Source of the DNA: Promethearchaeota archaeon
GTDB taxonomy: Archaea; Asgardarchaeota; Lokiarchaeia; Sigyniarchaeales; SOKP01
NCBI GenBank assembly: GCA_048941285.1
Contig: JBHLNS010000021.1
Location: 1 to 50,291 of the forward strand
Direction of reading: 5' to 3'
DNA: 50,291 nt
Part shown: piece after piece, positions 29,176-39,240 of the stretch
Position numbering within the stretch: the first letter of the stretch is position 1
Layout of the letters: each line of letters opens with the position of its first letter
Program-made: the position numbers and the translations under genes
The notes under the pieces: model-generated
Database searches by the model: none
The model's input: the letters and a program-made list of their open reading frames with translations, nothing else
What the model was told of the DNA's origin: nothing

Positions 29176-30474
29176 TTATTCTAGTTTCTTTGTCTTTATA
29201 TATTTAGCGATCTTTATGGCCATTTTTTCTTGTCTCCTCCAATCTCCAAATGCGAAGCCTTTCGATATCAATTTAATTATTTCCTTTTTATACAAATCTT
29301 TTATCTTATTGACCGGTACTTTAGCAAATGGAGTCTGAGGTAAAGGAATAAAGGAATGAGCATGTACTTTTGCACCTTTATTAGACAATTCTCTCATCAT
29401 AGATATTGTGTATTTTACATCTTCATTATTTTCTCCAGGTAAACCGAAAATAAAATCCACATTAATGTTAAGATTATTGTCTAATGCTAATTCTACAGCA
29501 TTATATATATGTTCAATTGTATGATCTCTATGGCATAAGTCTAAGATTTTTTGACTACCTGACTGTGCTCCAATAGTAATATTATCATTATCTGCATATT
29601 TCAGGAGCAAGTTGAGTGTTTCATTAGTGACATGTTCTGGTCTAACCTCTGATGGGAATGATCCCAAGAATAAACGACTCTTAGTCCCTATTATTTCTCT
29701 TATGTTTTTGAGCAAATTTTCTAGTTTTGTTAGATTTAACATCTTTCCATCTAGAGAGCCATATGAAAATGCATTTGGAGTGATAAACCTTACATCAGTA
29801 AAATCTCCATAATAATTATACAATAATTTTACATACTTACAAATTGATTCAATACTTCTGTGTCTTGGTTTTGTCCCGGAAAGGTAGGGGGTCTGACAGA
29901 AATAACAAACATAAGGACAGCCCCTGGTTATTTCTATTGCTCCAAATCTTCGATCATTAAGAGGAAATGGAGGATAATCGTCTAAATTAATAGTTGATCT
30001 TTTTCCAGTAAAAATGTATTCATTGGAATCATTGATATAAGCAATTCCCTTTACTTTCTCATAATTAGTTTTTTTATTAATACTTTTTAATAAATCTATT
30101 ATAGTTTCTTCACCCTCTCCTACAACAACAAAGTCAAACCCAAGTCTAAGTACTCCTAAAGGATCCCCTGTAGCATGCGGACCGCCTGCTAATAAAAGAA
30201 TATTTTCGTTGTATTTCTTTCTTAAAACTGATACTAATTTATATATCTCCCATAATTGAGTAGTAAAAAAAGAGAACCCTATAATTACTAATTTATGGTT
30301 TTTTATGATATCTTCTAGTCCATAAAACAATTCTTCTTTTGTTTTAATAAAGTAAATCTTAAATTCATCAAAATAATTATCTGTTTCTAATGCCCCTATT
30401 ATTGCATTGAAACTATAGATATTATTTTTATGATAATATACAACAATAGCAATATCTTTAGGCAAATTTTTCAT
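29176..30474 (-). CDS. B12-binding domain radical SAM protein (TIGR04013-like)
   Basis: AGGPHATGDP, GEGEET, EITRGCPYVCYFCQTP, FITPNAFSYGS, GSFPSEVRPE. Confidence 0.9.
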   Translation of the reverse strand: MKNLPKDIAIVVYYHKNNIYSFNAIIGALETDNYFDEFKIYFIKTKEELFYGLEDIIKNHKLVIIGFSFFTTQLWEIYKLVSVLRKKYNENILLLAGGPHATGDPLGVLRLGFDFVVVGEGEETIIDLLKSINKKTNYEKVKGIAYINDSNEYIFTGKRSTINLDDYPPFPLNDRRFGAIEITRGCPYVCYFCQTPYLSGTKPRHRSIESICKYVKLLYNYYGDFTDVRFITPNAFSYGSLDGKMLNLTKLENLLKNIREIIGTKSRLFLGSFPSEVRPEHVTNETLNLLLKYADNDNITIGAQSGSQKILDLCHRDHTIEHIYNAVELALDNNLNINVDFIFGLPGENNEDVKYTISMMRELSNKGAKVHAHSFIPLPQTPFAKVPVNKIKDLYKKEIIKLISKGFAFGDWRRQEKMAIKIAKYIKTKKLE

Positions 30475-30615
30475 CCAATTAATTATCTCAAGTAATTTCT
30501 AATAATTTACAATAGATATAATTTTTCTATGAACGCATTCCAGAGTAGTATAATACTTAAACTTAAATTAGTATTACGTGATTTATTACTTAAATTCTTA
30601 TAAGGAGTTAGAAAT

Positions 30616-31080
30616 ATGTTACTAAATCTATGGTTCGCAACCACAACTGATGAAGTAGGGCTTTCTGTTTTTGATTTTTATTCGATAGGCCATATTTGTT
30701 TTGGAATTGGACTATTTTTATTTTGGTCGTTGTTTTATACAATCCCTAAAAAAAAAGGAAAAATTCCAATATTCTCATTATTGTTCGTGTTTATTCTTAC
30801 CGTTTTATGTGGTGTAATTTGGGAGATCATAGAACATGCATTATTTCTTCCATTAGGTTGGAAATTTGAAAACCGTGCCGATAGTTGGGCTAATATGACT
30901 ACAGATGTCCTTTTATGTGCATTAGGTGGTCTTGGAACCTGGTTATTCGCATATATTACCTTTGAAAAAGAAAAGAGTGCGTTTGCATATTATACTTTTG
31001 GAATAATAGGATTTGGAGTCTGGATAAGCGTCTTTATTATACTTCGATATTTAACTTTTCAAAATTCCCCAATAATTTAA
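30616..31080 (+). CDS. Membrane protein with H..WE..E..D motif (putative membrane metal-dependent hydrolase-like)
   Basis: DFYSIGH, WEIIEH, DSWANMTTD; four hydrophobic segments. Confidence 0.7.
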   Translation: MLLNLWFATTTDEVGLSVFDFYSIGHICFGIGLFLFWSLFYTIPKKKGKIPIFSLLFVFILTVLCGVIWEIIEHALFLPLGWKFENRADSWANMTTDVLLCALGGLGTWLFAYITFEKEKSAFAYYTFGIIGFGVWISVFIILRYLTFQNSPII

Positions 31081-31108
31081 TCTTTTTTTTATTAACATTC
31101 AATAAAAA

Positions 31109-31873
31109 ATGTCTGATATTAAACAATTTATAGAGTTTGAAAAAGGTAATATCCCTTTAATTCTTTCTGTTCCCCATGGTGGGGAATTAGAATGCGATTC
31201 TATTCCTCAAAGACAAAATGGTGTTATAGGAATTGACAGGGGGACTATAGAATTAGCTAAAAATTTAGCCAAACTGATTAATATAACTTTTGAAAATGAA
31301 AAATTAGGAATTAGAATGCCTTCTTACATAAGTTCAAGGGTAAGAAGAAGCAAAATTGATTTAAATCGTGGAGAGCATGAAGCATTTAATCAAAATTCAT
31401 TTCTTGGTAGAGAAATTTATAATTTTTACCATAATAAAATTGAAGAATGGATATATAACAATCTAAATGAATTTAATCGTTCCTTGCTTATAGATATCCA
31501 TGGTTTTGAAAAAAACGCTCGACCACCAAGGTTCCGAGACGTAGAAATAATTTTAGGCACAAATAATCTTGGATCTTTTTTTTCCAAGACAATTAAAAAG
31601 AGAGATTGGGAAAAAAACATTCGCGGAAAAATAATTCAGACTTTACTAAGGCTTAATATACCAATTGCGCCGGGACATCCCAGAAGGAAGGAGTATATTT
31701 TAACGGGGGGATATATAACAGCACATTATGGTGCGTCTCGTATCCCTAAAAGCCAAACAATTCAAATTGAATTTTCAGATAGATTACGATTATATGATGA
31801 GAATTTGAAAGAAATTGTAATTAATGCTCTCGCTAATATTCTTTTCGAAGAAATGAATCATCTAATTGTTTAA
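31109..31873 (+). CDS. N-formylglutamate amidohydrolase family protein
   Basis: PLILSVPHGG, IDLNR, FYH, LIDIHG, GGYIT, IQIE. Confidence 0.85.
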   Translation: MSDIKQFIEFEKGNIPLILSVPHGGELECDSIPQRQNGVIGIDRGTIELAKNLAKLINITFENEKLGIRMPSYISSRVRRSKIDLNRGEHEAFNQNSFLGREIYNFYHNKIEEWIYNNLNEFNRSLLIDIHGFEKNARPPRFRDVEIILGTNNLGSFFSKTIKKRDWEKNIRGKIIQTLLRLNIPIAPGHPRRKEYILTGGYITAHYGASRIPKSQTIQIEFSDRLRLYDENLKEIVINALANILFEEMNHLIV

Positions 31874-32479
31874 CAAGATAATATATTTCACGATTCGATT
31901 CATAAACTTACTCTTTTGTATTTTGCATGTGTGTGCAACTTTCTTATAATTAAAAGATTCGGCTAACGTATCCAGGTATGAGAGGTTATATAAAATAGAT
32001 ATGTTTTTATCATTTCTCATAAATAATTTATCTAATTCTCCTTGGATTTTTTTCTCTGGAATTTTTGATTTTTTCAATATCCGTTTCTTAATCTCTTTTA
32101 TTGTCTCTTCAAAATTAAGATCTCTTATGCTTGATATTAGAGAATTTAAAACTAGAGTGTATAAAATAACAGAATTAATATGTTTAGTTTCCTTTAAATT
32201 TTCAAATTTAAGTTGGAGATCTTGGTAAATTTCTCTAATATAATTCTCATCTAAACCTTTTATTTTTTTGAAGAGACTAATAAATTCTAAATATTTCCCA
32301 TCTAAAAATAAGTTTAAATTTTGGTTAAATAAGTCTTTAAATTTCCGTATTATTTGCCCTGAATTGCTAATCTTAAGAGAAATTTCAGGGGTTCTACCTA
32401 TAATTAGATCTTGGCCATCTTTATAAAACTGTTGGTTTACAAGGTTATCTGTACTTTCATATAATCTTTCTAATACTAT
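31862..32479 (-). CDS. Hypothetical protein, about 205 aa, probable non-canonical (ATA) start
   Basis: The 71-aa track ORF extends upstream without a stop to 32521, with no ATG/GTG/TTG in that extension. ATA at 32479 gives (M)VLERLYESTDNLVNQQFYKDGQDLIIGRTPEIS... Confidence 0.65.
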   Translation of the reverse strand: MVLERLYESTDNLVNQQFYKDGQDLIIGRTPEISLKISNSGQIIRKFKDLFNQNLNLFLDGKYLEFISLFKKIKGLDENYIREIYQDLQLKFENLKETKHINSVILYTLVLNSLISSIRDLNFEETIKEIKKRILKKSKIPEKKIQGELDKLFMRNDKNISILYNLSYLDTLAESFNYKKVAHTCKIQKSKFMNRIVKYIILLNN

Positions 32480-32844
32480 TTTTATATTAAAACACCAAAT
32501 ACGAAAATTTGTCGTTTTATCTCAAAACCTTAATAAAAAAATACAGATATAATTTTTTGCTTTGGTATAATTTAGCTTTTTAAAATACAATTTTAAGGCA
32601 AATTAAAATGAGTATAAAATAGTAATAGATGTTATTATTTAACAATGAATATGATTGCATGGAAAAATATCTGAATTCATAAAAAAAGGGATAAAATATA
32701 AAAAAATAATTTTGAAATTCAACTAAAAAACTAATAAATTGTCATTTAAACGTAAACAAATTAACTTATTAGTTGAAACTTAAAATTCAAGACAAAAAAG
32801 AAATAAAACCTTTTTATATCATTATAACCTTTTAATATTGTTAT

Positions 32845-32883
32845 TTTAAGAAAATATTCAGTGAATAACATAATTTTCTTAAA
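32845..32883. promoter_or_regulatory. Inverted repeat upstream of SCP2 gene
   Basis: TTTAAGAAAAT (32845-32855) and ATTTTCTTAAA (32873-32883), enclosing TATTCA-G-TGAATA. Confidence 0.4.
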
Positions 32884-32933
32884 TAATTTTCAAAATAAAA
32901 GAGGAAAATTATACAAAAAGGTTGAAAATTAAA

Positions 32934-33368
32934 ATGGTTGACGAATCGTTATTGAAAAAAATTAAGGCTGCTCAAGACGCAGGAGCGTCATCTGCTTCTG
33001 CTGAAGATGTAATGCTGATGTACGAATTTATCAAGCAAATCTCGAAGGAGAATGAGGATCTTAAAGAAGAATTGGAGGACATGGACATTGCCATAAGTAT
33101 GATAATTACTGACCTTGATAAGAAGTACTGGCTTACTGTAAAGGAAGGAAACTTAGATTTTGGTGAAGGAGATGTCGATAATCCTTCATTTACAATGTCT
33201 TCAACACTCGAGGTTGGAGCAGGCATTCTTATGGGAGAGGTAGATGCTACATCAGCTTATATGGCTGGAGATATCACTGTAGAAGGAAATCTTCAAGACG
33301 CAATGGCATTTCAAGAGATTGTAGAGCTTGCTTTAGAAGCTTACGAAGATTTAGCAGAAGATTTATAG
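32934..33368 (+). CDS. SCP2 sterol-carrier/lipid-binding domain protein
   Basis: YWLTVKEG..GEGDVDNPSFTM..GEVDATSAYMAGDITVEGNLQDAM matches the SCP2 pattern. ATG at 32934. Confidence 0.88.
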   Translation: MVDESLLKKIKAAQDAGASSASAEDVMLMYEFIKQISKENEDLKEELEDMDIAISMIITDLDKKYWLTVKEGNLDFGEGDVDNPSFTMSSTLEVGAGILMGEVDATSAYMAGDITVEGNLQDAMAFQEIVELALEAYEDLAEDL

Positions 33369-33699
33369 ATTTAGAGACAAGCCATTAAATTTCAAAGAAT
33401 CTTTTCTTTTTTTTTATTCAATTTTTATTCTTAAATCAAATTTCTTTTTCCATATATTGGAAGCGTAAAATATTGAGAAATCCATAAGCGCAGAAATTTT
33501 AGTAATTTAAATACTTGAAATAACTCTTTATAATTATAGAAGTCCAATACTGTATGTCTATTTCTAATAAATCTTCAGGATTAGTAAGCCTGCTATTTAG
33601 ATGTGTTAGATTTCGATTTAGGTAAATAACACTAAATTCAAAATTTTAAGAAGAGAAAAAATGATTTTTTAGAACAGAAATTTGTTCCAAAATTTAGAA

Positions 33700-33806
33700 T
33701 GGCGCCCACAGCGGGATTTGAACCCGCGTCGCAGGAGCACTATACTCCATCTAAATGATATGAGTTTGACAGTCCCGAATGCTAGACCGGGCTACACTAT
33801 GTGGGC
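33700..33806 (-). tRNA. tRNA-Asp(GTC) with 29-nt canonical 37/38 intron (33738-33766), CCA encoded
   Basis: GCCCACA/TGTGGGC acceptor, CGGGA-CTGTCA^C-TCCTG anticodon arm, GGTTCAAATCC T arm. BHB: CTGT/ATAG helix with CAA and TGC bulges. Confidence 0.95.
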
Positions 33807-34018
33807 ATTAAATTAACCATAAAACGGAAAAATAAGATTTATCTATAAAAAATGAAATAAAGAAAAGTATAAAAATTTTATTCTGAGACCTTTCAGATAA
33901 AGAAAACATGTAGAAGTATATAATAGAAATATTTATATGCCAAAACGTAGATTTAGATTATAAGGAATTTTTAGGTATAAAAATATAATATATTTGATTT
34001 TGTATTAAGTTATCTACA

Positions 34019-34453
34019 ATGCTCAATACGAAGAATCTCAATTTAGTTCTTAGTGATTTGAAAAACAACGACACAGAATTAAAAATTGTATTGGATAAGT
34101 TCATTAAGTTCGCAGTTGATAAGTTCATAAGTACTGAAGATTTAAGAGAAGAAATCGAAGATTACAACGATATTTACCAAATTTACATTAGGGATTTAGA
34201 TTTTAATTTTTGGTTAAAAGTTTCAAATAATTCAGTTATTTATAAAAAAGGAATTAACAGAAATGCATCATTTGCAGTGAATTACACTAAAGATATATTA
34301 ATCAAAATCTTAAAGCGCGAAATGAATGGAACTGATGCGTTTATGAAAGGATTAATAAAAGTTGATGGCGATCTCTCTCAAGGTTTAAGATTTATGAAAT
34401 TATTTAGATTATTTTTCTTATATCTAAATAATGGTTTTAAAAAATTCGAGTAG
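34019..34453 (+). CDS. SCP2 domain protein (second paralog)
   Basis: FWLKVSN..NGTDAFMKGLIKVDGDLSQGLRF. Confidence 0.8.
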   Translation: MLNTKNLNLVLSDLKNNDTELKIVLDKFIKFAVDKFISTEDLREEIEDYNDIYQIYIRDLDFNFWLKVSNNSVIYKKGINRNASFAVNYTKDILIKILKREMNGTDAFMKGLIKVDGDLSQGLRFMKLFRLFFLYLNNGFKKFE

Positions 34454-34584
34454 TTACATGTTTGTTCCTTCTTTTTAATATGCTCAAAAATGATTTACTT
34501 TATTCTTTAAATTTAATACAATAAGATTTTTTAGAAATAATAAATGAATGTACATAAGTTTACATATTTTTAACCCTAATTTAA

Positions 34585-34659
34585 GGGCCTGTAATCTAGT
34601 CTGGATAGGGTGCCCGGCTTCGGACTGGGATGTCGCAGGTTCGAATCCTGCCAGGCCCG
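34585..34659 (+). tRNA. tRNA-Arg(TCG), no intron, CCA not encoded
   Basis: GGGCCTG/CAGGCCC acceptor, CCCGG-CTTCGGA-CTGGG anticodon arm, GCAGGTTCGAATCCTGC T arm. Confidence 0.95.
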
Positions 34660-35341
34660 TTCTTATTTTTTAATTAAGCTAACTGAAAATAATGCACACT
34701 TATGTCTTCCTTTAGATTCTACGAGAATTTACCCGCCATGAGATTCAATAATTTCTTTTGAAATATATAAACCGAGCCTAGAACCTTCAATTCTAATCTA
34801 ATTTTTAAGAGAAGGATCTAATAATTTATTTAAATATCTTTTTTCTCTCAGTTTTATTAAATTTAATTTATTTTTTAAAAAAACATATGATATTTTTTGT
34901 TGTCAAAAATCTTTATAATTTTTATTTTTTTAATCCAAATAGATTTAAATACTTTATTTATAGTTAATTTATTAACACAAAAGAAAAAATAAGCACAAAA
35001 AATTTTTATAGATCAATGATAGCAATAAAAGATAACTACCAATAAATAAAGGAACCCTCCCAAATTTTCCAATAACGGGGTTTTATTCTCTCAGAGTTAA
35101 ATATGGAGGGAAATATTGAGACTATTTTCCAAAAAGGAATTGGTATCGCACTTAGAAATAAAATTATTGATTTATTTATAAATGAAATTTTTAATAAAAG
35201 ACAGGGGTATATAAAAGATAATATTTAAAATTACTTTTAAAATAATTATTCTCAGTACATTAGAATTTCTGTAGGATTTTGAATAGAAATCTTAAATTTT
35301 ACCTAAAATTATATATAAGCAAACCATTAAATTATATTACA

Positions 35342-35698
35342 ATGACTGCAACTTTAGAAGTTGATGAAGTTCTTCAATCTTTAATCAAAGAATTTGGAGA
35401 TTTAGGACTATATTTTGTTATAATCACTTCTGAAAATGGAGCTGTAATCAAATCATATATTAACCAGGAATTTAATAAAAATTCAATTGGGTTAAATATG
35501 TCGCAGTTATATGAACTAGCTGAAGAAATTACCTCGGAAATTGGAGTTCATAGCCCTGATTTTAATTTAATTCATGCCAGTAACTATTATATCTTTTCGA
35601 TTAAATTTATGGGTAAAATTATTATAACATTATTAGACGACCAGTTAGATTTTTCTCAGATTTTTAATGTGATAAATAAATGTGTTAAAACAAATTAA
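35342..35698 (+). CDS. Roadblock/LC7 (MglB-like) domain protein
   Basis: 118 aa from ATG 35342. Helix, VIITSENGAVI, helix, three strands, helix pattern. Confidence 0.65.
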   Translation: MTATLEVDEVLQSLIKEFGDLGLYFVIITSENGAVIKSYINQEFNKNSIGLNMSQLYELAEEITSEIGVHSPDFNLIHASNYYIFSIKFMGKIIITLLDDQLDFSQIFNVINKCVKTN

Positions 35699-35840
35699 CC
35701 AGAAATGATAATTTATTCTTTCATATTATAATGTAATTGAAAATAAACTGATGAAATACAATCTAAACATTTATAAAACTTTAAGACTAATATCCAATAT
35801 TCTTTTTGAACTTAAAAATTGAAAAAATATGTGATTTAAA

Positions 35841-36323
35841 TTGAAATATGCAAGAAATCAATATTCTGAAGGTTTCTCTATATGTGCATTAATAATTGCT
35901 GGTGCTTTCCTTTATTGGGGAATTTCCTCATTTATTCCTTTGGATCAATGGAGTTGGTGGGGTTTTATTAGCATTGGGATTGGGATAGCAATATTAGTCA
36001 GTCAAATTTATGCATTAGCCAATAGAAGTAAATTAAGAAATGTTGTTTTAGCTGAATTTAGGGAGAATCCAGAAGCAACCATTGAAGATATTAGCGGAAG
36101 AACAGGAATTTCACGAAAAGATATTCAAGCTATTATATTAGATTTAAAAGCTTCAGGTCAATTAATAGGAAAATTTAATACAACTACAGGACAGATTAAA
36201 CATTTATCAATACCAGAAAAAGAAATTGTTTCAGAAGAACGACCAAAATTCTGTTCTAATTGTGGAACACCTATAACGAAAGAAACAGCACAATATTGTG
36301 CATATTGTGGAGCTCAAGTCTAA
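35841..36323 (+). CDS. Membrane protein with winged-helix-like region and C-terminal zinc ribbon
   Basis: Two N-terminal TM helices, ATIEDISGRTGIS helix-turn-helix, FCSNCG..YCAYCG. Confidence 0.75.
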   Translation: MKYARNQYSEGFSICALIIAGAFLYWGISSFIPLDQWSWWGFISIGIGIAILVSQIYALANRSKLRNVVLAEFRENPEATIEDISGRTGISRKDIQAIILDLKASGQLIGKFNTTTGQIKHLSIPEKEIVSEERPKFCSNCGTPITKETAQYCAYCGAQV

Positions 36324-36409
36324 TTAGTTTCAAAAAACTGTTTAATAAATATTAAAGTAGAAGATATTAAAATAAACAAAAAAAAGAAGATTTTTTTCTC
36401 TTTTAGATT

Positions 36410-36955
36410 CTATTTTATTTCGATCTTTTTCTTCTCTTTTTTTTCTGGTTCTTTCTTTGGTATCTTCACATTTAAAATACCTTTTTCAAGACCGGCTTCA
36501 ATTGCGTTGGTATCAATGTTTTCTGGTAAACTAAACGCTCTATAATAACTCGCAGAACTATATTCTCTTCTGACAAATCCTTCTTTTTCTTCCTTTTTCT
36601 CTTCTTTCTGCTCGCCTTTGATTTCCAACATTCCATCATGGAAAGTTATTTCAATGTCTCCCTTATCCAAACCGGGTAATTCAGCAGTAATATTATAATT
36701 CTTTTCATCTTCGATGATGTTTGATAAAGGCGTTCTATAAACAGGGAGATTTTTCCATTTTATAGGTTCGTATCTTCTCCTTCTAAATGGCCAAAATGAT
36801 TCATCAAAACCTCTCCATAAATCATCAAACATGCGATCCATTTCTTGGAATAATGAAAAAGGACTTTCTCTTCTTACAGCAATTTCATGCTTTTTTTTAT
36901 CATCCTTCACTTTCTTGATATCTTTACTTTTTTTTACTTCGATCTTATCAGACAT
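36410..36955 (-). CDS. hsp20: Small heat-shock protein (Hsp20/alpha-crystallin)
   Basis: AELPGLDKGDIEI, RAFSLPENID, GILNVKIPK. Confidence 0.93.
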   Translation of the reverse strand: MSDKIEVKKSKDIKKVKDDKKKHEIAVRRESPFSLFQEMDRMFDDLWRGFDESFWPFRRRRYEPIKWKNLPVYRTPLSNIIEDEKNYNITAELPGLDKGDIEITFHDGMLEIKGEQKEEKKEEKEGFVRREYSSASYYRAFSLPENIDTNAIEAGLEKGILNVKIPKKEPEKKEKKKIEIK

Positions 36956-37019
36956 ATATTACACCTCTATTTTAATTATTTTAGAAATTAATTACGATTT
37001 GGATTAATATTAAGAGTTA

Positions 37020-37038
37020 TGTCAATTCATGATTGACA
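37020..37038. promoter_or_regulatory. Palindromic operator candidate upstream of hsp20
   Basis: TGTCAAT-N5-ATTGACA, lying between a TATA-like TTTAAATA (minus strand, about 37067-37074) and the start codon. Confidence 0.5.
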
Positions 37039-37142
37039 ACCTCTAATTCCTAATAATTACATTACATATTTAAATTTTTCGTTTTAATATGAAAAAAATA
37101 AGAACTTAGAAATTTAAAAAAAATAATTGTTAATGGTTGAAA

Positions 37143-37739
37143 TTATTTAATTTCTATTACCCTTTTATCACTTATCTTTGCTGTTTTTTTGGGAATTATT
37201 AATCTTAGAACACCATTTTTAAAACTTGCATCAATTTCTTCAGCATTTATGTCTTCTTCATTTATAAGAAAACTTCGAAAGAAATTATCAGTTCGAATTT
37301 CTCTCCTTATATAATTGCCCTTTACTTCTTCATATTTTTCCCTTTTCTTATCTTTTTCTTTCTTTTCATCTTTTTTGTCTTTTTTATCTTTCTCCTTTTT
37401 CTCATCTTTTTTTTCTTTGTCCTTTATTGCTTTTTCACCGCGTAATTCTAATATTCCTCCTTGTAAAGAAATTTCAACATGTTTTTTGTCTAATCCTGGT
37501 AATTCCACTATAAAATAGTATAGATCCTCACTTTCTATAATATTAACTAATGGTGATCGATAAAAGGGTTCATCCTCCTTGATTTCTAAGGATTCTGCAC
37601 TTTTAATTTTAAAGTGACTGGCTTCACTCCTTATATTAGCAATTTCTTCTTGCTTTTTTTTAATTTCAAGAGCTTCTTTTTCAATTTCAGCTTCTTCCTC
37701 TGGTTCAATATCTTGTTCCTTCACACGATTTTCATTCAT
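37143..37739 (-). CDS. hsp20: Small heat-shock protein with K/D/E low-complexity insert
   Basis: VELPGLDKKHVEI, FFRSF, ASFKNGVLRLIIPK; insert KDKEKKDEKKEKDKKDKKDEKKEKDKKREK. Confidence 0.88.
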   Translation of the reverse strand: MNENRVKEQDIEPEEEAEIEKEALEIKKKQEEIANIRSEASHFKIKSAESLEIKEDEPFYRSPLVNIIESEDLYYFIVELPGLDKKHVEISLQGGILELRGEKAIKDKEKKDEKKEKDKKDKKDEKKEKDKKREKYEEVKGNYIRREIRTDNFFRSFLINEEDINAEEIDASFKNGVLRLIIPKKTAKISDKRVIEIK

Positions 37740-37804
37740 AATAAGAGATCCAATCCCATTTTATTATTTTTTAATAACAAAAATAGATAAAAATGATATA
37801 AAAA

Positions 37805-37827
37805 AGTTATGATCTCAAATCATAACT
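37805..37827. promoter_or_regulatory. Palindromic operator candidate upstream of second hsp20
   Basis: Perfect AGTTATGAT-N5-ATCATAACT abutting a TATA-like TTTTATAT on the minus strand. Confidence 0.55.
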
Positions 37828-37899
37828 AACCTAGACCTCTCAAAATCCCCAAACTTATATAATTCTACTAAAAAAATAAGAAAATAATAAAAAAAATGT

Positions 37900-39105
37900 T
37901 TATTCTTTTTTAGTTTCTTTCAGTAAGAAGCTTAATATTAAGGCGACAACTAGTAATATTGCTTGAATTAATAGAGCAGGCCAATAATCATTACTTATTT
38001 TAACACTTTCTAAACTTAGGATTAACAAGATTCCACCAACTTGGCCGATCATCATTAACATTCCGTTCGAACTTGCTTCTGGTACAGGTTTTGTTAAATC
38101 AACTGCATATTCTAAACCAACTGGTCCTGCCGAAAGTATTCCGAAACCCAAGAGAAATCCAAGAATACTTAGCATTAGAGCATCAACAGTAAATGTTATT
38201 ATAAATAATGATGTCGTTGCTATTAAAAGTGATATAATCAGCAATATTTTACGTTTTTTATATTTATCTGAAATAGTAGACATAATTACACAGCCTATAA
38301 TTCCACCAATTAACATTAAAGCACCTAACATTCCTGCAAAATTTTGATCATGGCCTCTTGGTACTACTATTCCTTCAATATAAGTTGTTATTGTATTAAA
38401 AATTCCTAGACCTAAGAAAAATAGAATAAACAGAATGATAAAGGATTTATTTCTAAATAAGTCCTTCAAACCTTCAGTTACTAGAACTTTTTCTTCAGTA
38501 ATTTCTATTGATGGGGGTGTAGGGGGTTTATCTCTTACAAATAATACAAAAATTACTCCTGATATTATAGATATAATTCCATATATAAGCAACATTGGAA
38601 GGAGATTATTTCCAATGACTAAAAATGGCGTAATAAACATACCCAGAGCAATTCCTAAGAATTGAGAGATCAGCGCGAGGCCTGTAGCTGTTGTCCTTTC
38701 ATTATAGGGAAACCAATTTGCAGATAATTTTGTAACTGCATTAAGAATAAATGGTTGTCCTACTCCGACCCCTATTTGGAATAATAAAACTATTAAATAA
38801 TCATCGAATGCAACAAATCTTAATATACCAAAGATTCCAGCAATTATAGCTCCTATTCCAGCACCTATTTTAAATCCATATTTATGAATAATCCAAGTTG
38901 ATAGGAATGTAATTGGAATGTAAACAATCATGAAACTCATTGCCAATAAATCGATTGAAAGCGCATCAACTCCATAAAATATTACAGCAAGACTTCTCAC
39001 AGGAGCAAAACTTATCCACAAAATCTGTAATGTTATGTTTTCTAACATAAAGATTAAAAGGACGATCCAACGATATCCATAAATTTGTACATTTGCTTCG
39101 CTCAT
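37900..39105 (-). CDS. MFS transporter (FLVCR/SLC49-like)
   Basis: YGYRWIVL, WISFAP, GQPFILN..KLSANWFP.NERTTATG, PPTPPS; about 12 TM helices. Confidence 0.88.
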   Translation of the reverse strand: MSEANVQIYGYRWIVLLIFMLENITLQILWISFAPVRSLAVIFYGVDALSIDLLAMSFMIVYIPITFLSTWIIHKYGFKIGAGIGAIIAGIFGILRFVAFDDYLIVLLFQIGVGVGQPFILNAVTKLSANWFPYNERTTATGLALISQFLGIALGMFITPFLVIGNNLLPMLLIYGIISIISGVIFVLFVRDKPPTPPSIEITEEKVLVTEGLKDLFRNKSFIILFILFFLGLGIFNTITTYIEGIVVPRGHDQNFAGMLGALMLIGGIIGCVIMSTISDKYKKRKILLIISLLIATTSLFIITFTVDALMLSILGFLLGFGILSAGPVGLEYAVDLTKPVPEASSNGMLMMIGQVGGILLILSLESVKISNDYWPALLIQAILLVVALILSFLLKETKKE

Positions 39106-39240
39106 TAAGCTAACACTTTTATTGTTTGTTAATAAATTTTTAATTAATTAAATCAATTTAGACTTAATAAAATATAAATCTATTATTTTTGTTACGAGTT
39201 TTTAATATTAAAATATTAAAAGATTTCTAAGTGATATATT

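Noticed and set aside
35041-35228. 41-aa ORF MEGNIETIFQKGIG... (35103-35228) and a possible CCCTCC/GGAGGG pairing
   Set aside because: Short, with no motif and only a 6-bp GC helix. It could be a gene remnant but cannot be supported from sequence alone.
33369-35340. Integrated element at tRNA-Asp or tRNA-Arg
   Set aside because: No integrase, no duplicated tRNA 3' end and no terminal repeats were seen; the intervening DNA is AT-rich spacer plus an SCP2 gene.
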